NCBI GenBank assembly: GCA_973851085.1
Contig: OZ316776.1
Span: 6,262,001 to 6,326,000, forward strand
DNA: 64,000 bases
DNA from: Ptychomitrium polyphyllum
Taxonomy: Eukaryota
Reading direction: 5' to 3'
The translations under genes were made by a program, and so were the position numbers. This document shows, piece after piece, positions 1-11,702 of this stretch; position 1 is the first letter of the stretch; each line of letters starts with the position of its first letter. The notes below the pieces were generated by a model. The model did no database searches and was not told where the DNA came from. It saw only the letters and a list, made by a program, of their open reading frames with translations.

Positions 1-3000
1 ATAAAAAATGGTTGTTTAATGAATGAGTTAATTTTGTAAAATATTCTTCTCCAATATATACATTAAAAATTTTAAAACATATGAACTATAATTATTATAG
101 TGATTTATTTGCTTTCTACACTATTTTCATAATGTGCTAAATTATTGTCAGCATTTAATGCATCATTGTAGGAAATTATCTTTTGTCTTACAAAAATCAT
201 ATAAAAAATAATACTACTATCTTCAATAATAATGTATAAATTAAACTTGCAAAAAACTAATAATTATATTATTAAGTTGTTAAATGCTTGGTATTGATTC
301 TTATTTGGAAATTACTTTTATGAATTTATTTTAAACCAATTTTAAAAATCAGTTTTAAAAAAAATTATATCAATTTAGATTTTTCATTATTTTCATAGGC
401 TTCTATTAAAACTATGCTGATGTATCTTTTTAGATAGTTTAGAGAATTGTATGTATAATTTCAGTATATTATAATACTTGATATGCAATAACTATAAATA
501 ATTTATTTGCAGATATAATTAGTTATGAAATATCATAATATAAATTTTTATAAGTAAAATATATCTTTATAAAAAGTAAGTATATTAAAGATTTAAAATA
601 TAGCAAAAAATTGAAAGATTTGTAAGTGTTTAAGATAAATACAATGATAATATTGATGCAATATTCCTTCTTTCTTAAATGAATATGTTTTAGTATTATA
701 TATTTACCTCAAAAATTTGTAATTTGATTGTTTCTTCATTTTTAAAATTTGTGAATTTTAAGATTATATTTAACTTAATTTTAATTTTAATTAACATAGA
801 AGATAAGTTGTAAACTAATAACCTAAATTTTTTATTTACTATGCATACAAATAATATATTGATACTACATCAATACATTAAATAATATTGTTCTCAATAT
901 ATATATACTACAAAATTAATTATAATTTAAATAATTACGTTATATGCCGTTGTATTATTAATATTCTTGGATTGAAGGAATAGTTATTCATTTTATTTTT
1001 ATATAGGTGTAAGAGGTGTATAGTAACTTCTTATTTAATTTCAGAATGAATAAATATTATAGCCATGTTTTTCTTGTTGTTTAACATGATAAAGTTTCTC
1101 AATAAATACAACCTTTTAAAAGCTGGATTCAAATGAACATTTGATAGATATGTCATAATATAGATTTATAACATGATTTTTAAAGTTTATTGTTTAAATT
1201 GTTTATAAAAATTATAAACATTAAATTAAAATCTAATTTCATAATGTTTTTCACAATTGTATACAATGTTATTTAATTTTTCAGTATTTGAATACACAAT
1301 TTTAAACAATTGAACTCTTATTAATAGATACGGTACTTGTTATGATATATTTCTTTGTTGTTGCTTATAAACAGTAAGAAAGACCTTTAAAATGATTAAT
1401 ACGTAGTGAAATGCTAATATTATAACTTTTATATGCAATATAATTTGTTATAGTTATGTATAACTATCATTGTACAATTATTTTTAACAGTAGTATATAG
1501 CTCCAAATTCAAATCATTTTTAAGAAAAAACATTTATCAAACCTTTTTGTTTTTTAGTGATACTTGAATTTAAATTTATTGTTATTCTTCATCTGCAATT
1601 CTTCTTCCCACAATTGCCTTGTTCTCCACAGCTGCCCCACTTGTTTTGATGGTAAAACTTAAGAGCCAGAGTGCATAACCGAACTCCAACAAGAACCTCC
1701 ATTATTTCAACTTCCGCTCACAACTCAAATTCTTACACAGTCATTTGCTAGCCACAGACCATCACAGGGCTAAGCAAACTTTTAGCTTGGGGTAGGGAGG
1801 GGCAACTTTGGTGCTGCCTGCCTGATTCACCCTCCTGGCCCCACAAATGGCTTTTGGTGTACTATACACAGAACCCTTCTACACACTTGAATAAAGATCA
1901 TAATCCATTCATTCTTAAAACTGAACACAGATATCTGATTCACGCTTTTTGTATGCTTTTTGGAGGGCGTTTCGCTGATGACAGCAACCGTTGAAGACAA
2001 GGAAATGCAGTGCGTGTGAACATGTCAGCTCTGAGATGGTCGTAGATAACTGCCCATGCCTTGCTGATTCTTATGCACTTTGAGCCTTTCACTTGCAGTA
2101 CACTGAATTTGCTCTTTCAATGAATAAGGTAGTATTATGGCTATCTGCACTTAACATGCTCAATCTCTGCTCCACAGAAATCTGAAGTCAACCAGCTCTT
2201 CTTTATGAGGCCCAAGATACACTTATAATTTAGCCCTTAATGCATCCTACTCATCTCATGTTTTTAAGGTTTGTAAAGACCTATTAAAAATCCTTCTCCT
2301 ATTTGGAATTCGTGTATAAACAAATGTTGCAGATTTTGAATTAGAACTTACTTCTATATGGTTAGATGTGATATTTATATTACCAATAATTTATTATATG
2401 ATTTAGAACTTAGACCTCAAATTTCATTCTTATATTTAAATTTGAAAAACATTAACTATTTTTCAGTAAACCTTGTTATGATGAGTTTTAAAATTGATTA
2501 TGAAGCACAACTTTGCTTGTTTACCTGGAAAAAATAAATTTTAGAATATAATTTATTAAACCTTCTTCTTTGAAGAAGATTTATCATATAACTATATTGC
2601 TAAAATCTATGTAGATTATAATGATAGTTGATTTCTATTGTAAATTTTTTAAATAAATTTGAAAGATATATTGGAACTCAACGATATACTATGCTTGTGC
2701 ACTTAGTTTCTTGATCACATGTAGCAAATATAAAATTTAAATCCAACAAAAAATACCCATTTTGGATTGCAATTCTTTAAATAATCAAGTAAATTTTAGA
2801 ATGTTAAAAAAGTTAATAAGTGTACTTTACGTTGCAATAGGCACACATAAAAGTGTATGTCTAGATGACATTATCAATTTGATCACTTTATATTATAAGT
2901 AGATATATATTTAGAATGTAGCCAAGTGGAAAAAAAAAAGACAATTGTTTAAGGCTTAATGCATGAAATAAGATGTATTGGAGATTAATTTAGAATATTT

Positions 3001-6000
3001 TATTTGTGGCTTTGTTTGAGAAGTTAATTAATGTGATTGATTTCCAATTGGAAAGGAATTTTTATTCTTTACCTTTAATAATAGAGTGATCATTTTGTTG
3101 ATAATTTTGTCTAACAAGAGCTTATTTTGTGCAAAGTTTTGTATCATTCTAAAGTAGTCCTCTTTGATGAACTTTGGAAAGGTTTGAAAAACTCCAATAA
3201 AATGCTACTATAGCTTTATGTATTTTGATTCTTTTAAATAGTGAAGGTGCATGCAAGCATATAATAATGTGTTTGTGAAAATGTCACATGTGTATGTGAC
3301 ATTTTTTTTGGTTTTTTAAAGAAAGGATCATTATTACATTCTTAGATTTTTTTGTAAATTTTTCCAAATTGGTTTAATTGGTTATGTGAAAACATCATTT
3401 ATGACTTTTTCATATGATGTATGATGTTTTTACAAATATTGTGTTATATATGGTCAAATATTGGTAGTACTAGATGCATGCAAATTCAATACAAATAAGT
3501 GATGGAGGAGAAGGGGTATGATTGTTAAGAATTGACAATAAACAATAAGCATTTAAGAAAGAAAAATATCATCAACATTTGCAATCTTTTATAATAATTA
3601 AATATTACAAATCAAAAAAGGATACTAATAATTAAGAATGATGTAAGAAGATTGATGTAAATACTTTGAAATGAACTCAAACTAAGAATCCAATCTTATA
3701 TGCACATTCCTACACGGCAAGTATTTTGTCTCATTCATATTCCATAGTACTTCTTTGCCCTTTTGATAGCACCAATATAGACATCTAAGTCATACTTCTA
3801 TTTTCCATGTAATCATTCAAGAATAAATTTGAATAAGTTGAAATCAATGTTTAATTTAATTTTAAAGGCTTTTATCCGCCAAAATAAATTAGGACTAAAC
3901 TATCCATCCATCCTATCTATATGGACAAATTTTGGTTGTATGTATTTACATATACAACCTTGGAATAAAATTCCCTTCATTCTAGTATTATAGGTGAACA
4001 ACAATGGTGAAAATGGGTGACACTAAATAATGTCAATACTAATGTTGGAATAGAAACTTGTCTTAGATGCCAAGTGCTCTCAATAGTACATTAAATGTAT
4101 ATATTTTTATTTGAGCAACAATATATTTCATTTGTTTTCATAAGTGTATGAATATTTTGTATGAAGTTTTCCATTTGTACAAAATGAAAAGAAAGAAGTA
4201 ATGTGAGTGATGAAATTTTGTTTGATAAAAGGACAAGGTTACAAATAACTCTATAATGTATCAGAAGCTCCAAGTTTTTCAAATGAGAAGTTATCATTGC
4301 AAACCAGACTCAACATTCTCACTGCACATGGAATTCTCCTGTCCAAGTTAGAGGCCCACCTCACCTGTAATATTTTGGGGTATTTTAGAAAATATTGATA
4401 CTCTACTGTCAGACCTGTAAAGCATGCTAAATCTGAGCCTGTCTTGCAGCTGCGGTGGTAATCTGGGACTCTGGGCAATCATCGACGGACTCAAGTGGTT
4501 GACAATACTTTGTAAACATTTTTTTTCCTGAATCTCCTGCGCATGTACAAATTCACTAGATATATCATTAAAACCATGGTGGCGAGATACTACCTTTTGG
4601 AAAGAATCATTCAATTTGACGACCGTGAATGACAGAAGAACATCTAAAGAGCTTTAGAGAAGATGTTGGACTGAAAGAACAGATGTTGGATTCTTAGATG
4701 CATGCACTGAATGGAGTTCTATGTCCATGCCAGTGTCGGGCCTGTCTTCCAAAGGACAATTGGTATATTATTCCTGGAATCACTTGTATAAATCATGCTG
4801 GTGTCTCGTTCGTCCAATACCTAGTTAATCAGTACTGATATAATTCTGTACACCAGTCAACTACCAAGAGCATTCATCCCTACTTCTAACCATAAATGAT
4901 ATAGCATATTCAGAAGTGTAGTTGAGTACCAGGACCTGACTGATTTGGATTTTATTTTGCAAGGAGCACACACGTACCAGTCTGGTATCACATTTCTGTG
5001 ATACCCGCCCAAAACTGTTACGTGTGTTGACTACTTATCCTCGCTCATGACCGCTTTGAGGGCGGTATGTTGGCGGATCCATGCTCCAAGAGTGTGCAGG
5101 AAAAAGAACAAGCAAACCCACAGTGTTCAATGGTTTCCGTGTGCGAAGGAGCGAAGGATTTGCAGTGAAGCAAGCCCAGGAAGGATAAGGAATTTGCAAT
5201 GATTATAAGGCCACGTTGTGTGTGCGAGGCACAGAAAAGCCTTCAACACAGTAGTACAGTAGTACGAAAACCTTATAGTCTCTCGATTTCTGTCTGTCCG
5301 CACTTGTAAATTTACTTATTTTGCTCTTTTTAGAAATCGAGCAGAAACTTGCGTTACATGCTATCACATCATATAGATGTGATAGCAGCCAGCGGCCATA
5401 CTTGTTTCCTCTGCAACCAAAACGATTGAGCGCCAGCACGCATTTTCGAGCTCTTCTGTTGCTGAGTCATCACCTGTTGACTCAGCAATGCTCCGGCTGC
5501 CGACTTTGCCATCAACATAAATACCCGAATGAATATCTTGCTCATCCGTGCAAGAGACTCGAACAATTCAAAGGCAAAATATGTCATGCAGCTTCCGATT
5601 ACTTGCAACTGGAGACGATATAGGAGACGATGAACTTTAGCAGGTAGGGTCAGAAGTCTGACTTGAGAGCATACTAACTGGGAAATTTTCACACGGTGTG
5701 GTTTAGAGACAGGAAATGGAAGATTGCATTGCAAAATTGTTACACCGAACCTGAACCAACTCAGACGTGGGCAACTCCCGTGAAGATAGGGAGGTATGGC
5801 GATGGGAAATTATCACCACGACATCTGAGAGGGGCTGGACCTCTTAGTGGTCCAATACGATGGGGGAGTTTTAAGGTCATTTTGAACCGTTGCCAACATC
5901 ATAAAACTGCGAGAGAGATAGGAAATGTGGCTCTAAACATAATGAGAATCCAGCATTAGCATTGTACAAATCAACAGTAGGCACTGCTCAAAGTAGCTAT

Positions 6001-6223
6001 CAACCTGTTGTAGAGGCAACAGCCACGTTCGAAAGAATGATACGACACCTCTCCCCTGAGGTTTCAGCTCTGTGAAAAGAAAGTGCAGGAGGTACTTTAC
6101 ATGATTACATTCACTGCTGGAGAGAGAAGTCCTGCGCGGGTAATTATTTAATTGTAAAAAGAAAACGCCCAGAGGGCATGGCAACACTGAGATGAGGAAG
6201 GCCGTCAAGTCAAGGTAGAGATG

Positions 6224-6361
6224 GGTTGTAGTTTCAGGTGAGTACTTCAAGGGTGAATATAGGCTTCACAGTGCATGTCTAGGGTGCTTGGTTGCTGGGC
6301 CCCTTTGGAGGCCAAATATTCTAACTCATCCTTGAAGTACTCACCTTCCTGAACTACAACC
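6224..6361 (+). ncRNA. Candidate MIRNA-like fold-back precursor
   Basis: 6236-6256 (AGGTGAGTACTTCAAGGGTGA) pairs with 6326-6346 (TCATCCTTGAAGTACTCACCT): 21 bp with one G:U. Lower stem 6224-6233 pairs perfectly with 6352-6361. Further inner pairing 6262-6267/6308-6313. The G:U pairs favour the + strand. No family match recognised with confidence. Confidence 0.5.
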
Positions 6362-9300
6362 TCGGCAAAGAGGTGCCAAAAAGTCGGTAACATAATTATT
6401 ACATTCAGTGCTGTAAACGGCAGCAATGATACATTGCTACCTGGTTGTTGAGTTGAGTACTGCAGATCCATAGAGTGTTATATTATTGTCTATGACAATA
6501 TCCGTTGGAATGTCCTTGGAGACAGAATCAAGCAATTCTCACCAGATCAGAAGCTACTACAGTCTACCATTAACTTATGCTGTGTCCATGTGTTATACTC
6601 TTGGGAAGAAATGCACAACTTCTTTCTAGTACACAAAGTATTGACAAAATGTTAGAGTGATTTCTGTGAAATAAAAACTGGGCATTGCAATGAGGCTTTA
6701 CAGGAGTAAGTTAGGATATACAGATGCTTGTCTAAACAGGACTTTCATCCCTCTGGATTTAATTTGGAAGTAGGGAGAAAAGTGACCTGTCCTGGTGGTG
6801 ATAATTTAGAAGAAGAAGAACGCATTGCAATAATGAACTGTAGCTTTAACAAAAATCATCAGTATCTCTTTGCAGGTGATCGCCCATGGTACCGTAGTCG
6901 GAAGAGCAGTGCTGTCCTTGAGATTTCTTCAGCAGTACGTTGCACTACACTGTTCTCTAGTGACTTCTGGACTCATACAGTACAATACTATGAGATACAC
7001 TATGAGCACATCTTCACCTTCTCAGATACTTAACCTACCAGAATTATCATAACCCTGCAATGTGATCCCAAACATGACTAGCATCAACTTAGAGTTCCCC
7101 AGGAAACTTGGGAAAGTGCTGTGCTCATGTTCGTAGAAAGGGTTACCACCATTCAACTTGATTCACCCCAGAAGATTCAGACTGCAGTATGTGAAAATTG
7201 AAAGACGCAGTCATTGAATTCCTGTGTGTACTGTGATATAAACTTGACAGGACTCCTAGGTACCTAAGTTAACCCAAGAGGGTTCAAGACGTGAGCTGGT
7301 ATAATCATTCCACGTCAGATCCCATGAATACAATGAAGCTGCAACTTCGCCATCTTCAAAGCAGGGTCAAAGCCCAACCCCAGTACTGGTAACTACTGCA
7401 GGCTAGCCTGAGGGTCTGTCACCTTCTTGTCCAATAAATTCTCTTCCATTTTTATAATACCATTTTCTTTTCGGTATTAAAACCTTCTCATCTTGTCTGA
7501 ACTAAGCATAAAGTCCTGTCATTCTCCTTCATAACATTACAAGTGTTCGTTGCCACTGGGCGCTGCCCAGGTGGGACCAGATTTAGTGAGGAAAGAACAA
7601 AAAGAGAGGAGCCCTCCTCATAGACCACTCCATTTGTTGTTTCTACCTTCCAGGGTGAGGCAGTGGCGCATAGCACCAGTGATTGAAATGAAATGTTTTA
7701 TATGGCTCTCCAACAGGAGTCAGCATTAGAACATCTTTGTAATCCATACATTCTAGTACAGAATAATGTAATGAGAATTCCAAGTTGTAAATTGGAATGA
7801 TTATGGACCTTCACAACCTCAGGAAGAACATTTAGTTTATCAGCATAACTTAAACGATTGTATTCTCAAATTATGTCACTATAATAAAATCTTGGTCATG
7901 AGTAGTATACATTTTTAATAGTATGCCTTAATATTTTGTTATTGAAAAGGACTAATACTACATTAATTAGTAGACTATTTTATAAACATTTGTAATTTTA
8001 ATTATTATAAAAGAAATGGAATCTTGAGTCACTACTAATGTATGTTTTAATACTATTTATCAATTGAAGATTTCAATTCTGTAAGATTTTAGTAGTTGAA
8101 AATTTTTATTAGAATTTTAAACTAATTCTATAAAAATAATAAAATATTTTTGAGTAGAATAAATAGTATCTTAAATCATAAAATATAACGTTTTCCTTGT
8201 TAGACTTCAAATTTAGTAATTTAAAAATACAATTGTCGTATTTTCTTTTTATTTATTTAAAAGAAATAAAAGAAAGATAAGCTAAAGGCACATGAATGAA
8301 TAATGAAGAAATAAAGACTGGAAGTAGGAATTTTTAAAAGAGGTGAAAAAAACAAATCCAAAGGGCACACTTAAATAATAGTTTAGTAGAAAGAAAAGAA
8401 AAAGATAATTTAAAAAGAGAAATAAAGTGGTGAAAGGAAAAGGAAAATAAGCTTAGCAAGAATTAGCTTTAAATGGATATTTTTATTGTAATACTTAATT
8501 TAATTTCTTTTCCCCTTCATGCCTATTATTTCTTTATTTTTATTTTCTATGGTTTCAAATCTTCAGTTTCCAAATTTGGCTACTTTAAATACCCAATAAT
8601 TTTGTATTCCAAAATTTTTAAATATTTATATTTATATGTTTTGATTTTTCATAGTTTCCAACTTATTTGAATTCCAAATTTCCAACTTCTTGATATTATA
8701 TAATTCAATTCTTTTAATGTTTTAAATTTTTATTATCTAGAACTCTTGAATTTCAATTATAAATAATTTTTTGAAAGTCTAGAAGTTACACTTGGAAATA
8801 AGGATGTTTTATCATGCAAGGGATTACATTGCAATTTTATTTTTGAAAACATTCTTGTGTTTTTTTTAATGTTTTTTATTGGTATTGAAATAAGTTTTGA
8901 AGCATAAAAATACTTAGTGTTGATACAGTATTAATAAAAGATGCAATCAGTAATATAAAAGTAATTTTAATGTTTCATATATATGTATATACACATAGTA
9001 GTTGTTTTGATTATTAAAAAGTTTAATCATTAAGATTTTAATTTATCTCATAATCATTGTATTGTAAAAAAGTTGAACTACCTTAATATTGAATCAAAAA
9101 ATGTATACTCATGTGTATAGATGTTTGTAAATAGTGACTTACTGATATACATTAAATGACTTGATTTTTGTTCCAAAGAATAAATTCCACTGTAATAAAC
9201 ATCTTTCACATAAAGGAATTTTTATAACGACTTTTGTCGTTTTTTGTTCTTTCACTAGGTCCTTTACTAATATTAGTCTTATTCAGTAGTTGAGAGAGGA

Positions 9301-11702
9301 AAGAGAAATTTTAACAACTTTGCTAACTAGCAATTTTATTATTCATAAAGGCTAAGTTTAAAAATTCTTAATTTAGAAAATCAACAAACTTTTCACTGGT
9401 ATTCAAGTTATATGTTTTAAAATGTATAGAAATATTTTTTTTTGTATTATAAGATTATTTGGTTATAGAAAAATTTGTCTTTTTAAAAATAACCTCCCCC
9501 ACTTATTACAAATGCGTGGTTGTGAATATTGTCACTTTGGAAGTGGTCCATTCCAATTAATTAATAAAAATTTGAAAATATTTTTCATTAGTATCAAAAA
9601 ATTGTAAAAACATACATACTATAACTTACATACATATAACAAGGTCACTATTCCCTTAGTAAACACATACCTTATATATATAAATTTCTTTAACTTAGTG
9701 CCTTGGCGCACAAACTCTTTCAACGTTGAGGTGAAAAAGATTACACCATTGAGAATGTACCTCTAAACAATGGCGGTATGCTTGGGAGAGGTGTTCACAG
9801 CAGGTCTTGAAGGATGTCATGCATCAGCGCAGAAATGAAAAGAAACGAATACATAAATAAAAATGAAAAGCACAGCCGTCATTCCGTCTGCGTTGCAAGT
9901 AACACACGACGTAGACTTGCAAGCGACGCTGCTACCAGCACTCCCGGAGGCAGCCATAGCCAGCGCAGCCACGAGCTCCTCTACAAACCCCAGCGCTGCC
10001 GCAGAGCCGCACTTAGAGCTCCATGCTCATCAACGCCACCACACTCTCATCCTTGTTGTCGTTGGATCGATCGTCTTCGCATTGCCGGTGCCGTTGCCAG
10101 GTGTGGACATCAAGCGCCGCAGCTTCGCTGCTCACTTGCATTGCTACCTGCTGAGGAAGCCTTAAGGCGATAGGCTTTGGTTTCCAAGGCGAACTTGATT
10201 GCAGAGTTTCTTTTTTCACGTCTTTAGGTTTGGAGGAGCCTGCGGTGGATTATGCGTCCCGAGTCCGGGGCGAGAGTGTTACATGTGTTGTGCAAGCGCT
10301 CATGAGCAAGTGCATGCACTTGCAGTTACGGAGAACTGTTAAGTGCCGGCTGGAAGGACTAAAAGTACTGCTGCTAGCGGCGCTTGTGGGGTGAGATGCT
10401 ATGATAGCTGCCATGGGGAATGTGAGGTGCTGGTACTGGCTTTTCTTTACTGCGTTTCGTTGTAAAAGGCTAATTCTGCAGTGCCGGCCTGATGTGACGG
10501 CTATTCTTGAGGTGATCGAGTGCCTGTGTTTAGTTGCGGTAGCATCATTTGCTTAAGGTGCTTGTGAATGGCGGCAGGGATTGTTTCTCGATGTTTCAAG
10601 GACCGGGAGTTACGCAGGAGTTTTGTTGTTCGTATTTAACTGGAGAAGTAGCTACTGGAATTGGCCTGTGTTGTGAGATTATTAAAATGCTAGTTTTTAG
10701 AAGGGCTATGGAGGAGCTGGAGAGTTTTAGTACCTTTGCTATCTTCACATGGCGGACGATGAAATTGCATTTTGTAGTGTAGACTACTGTTGTGTAGGTT
10801 TCGTAGAGTTTGGTCTTGGGGTCTTATTTACATGCAGCTCTGTAGGTCCAAATCATGGTTAGGTTCTTCGTTTCCCTGTGACTTTGATAGGACTGCAGCA
10901 TTGATGCTGTGATCGTTCTTTGTAACTGACAGGAGACGATGAAATTTCTCAAATGTGGCATATGGTGACGGTAGCCTTTTGTCTTTCTTGTGGACAGGGT
11001 TGAAGTGCTGGAGGTTTTTAAGACTTCAGAAAGACTGTTTGCTCGTGGCGATCATGGCCTTAATCATGCGGCTTTTTCATGGCTGGAAGGGTGGTGACGA
11101 TGTTCGAAGGCTCCCTCGATGTTTGCAGCTAGATATTGTGGAGCATGGATTCCACTCATCTGTTGCTTTTCATGCTAGGGATGCGGTTTACGAGGACAGT
11201 AAAGATGTTACAACTCGCTAGCTAAGTTTCCAACGCAGAATTCCTTAGTAGCAAGAAGCGCAGACGCACTAAAGGTGATGTGCTCTGGTGTCGAGAAGCG
11301 GCATATCTGACACGGAATGCTCGCTGAAACACTTTATGACGTTCCGGCCCTTTAGAAGATTATACAGTAATTTATAGTCACATCACAGCGCCATCCCCCT
11401 CTTATCGGGTGTATTTCCAAGCTACGTTCCTCAAGTAGTCAATCGCATCGCTTTCACACTCAAAACATCAGGTAACTGAATCGTTTGTATTTATGGTACC
11501 CTCCAGGCTGAAATCCCGTTTCTTGGAAGACATAGATTCAAATCCACCAGCATCAGAAACTCCGCCTGAGACCAATAGTCAAAGAGGAGCGTCATCCTTT
11601 CGAGATTTAAAATATAGTTGTGGTAGAACAGAGGTGCTGATTTCCAAAGCATTCTGAGAAGCAAAGTTTCTTCGCTCCTCGGAAGCTCAGTTCCTCACCT
11701 CG

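Noticed and set aside
1..4250. Transposon remnants in the AT-rich tracts
   Set aside because: No LTR/TIR pairs, target-site duplications or RT/transposase motifs identifiable by eye; a repeat-library search would be needed.
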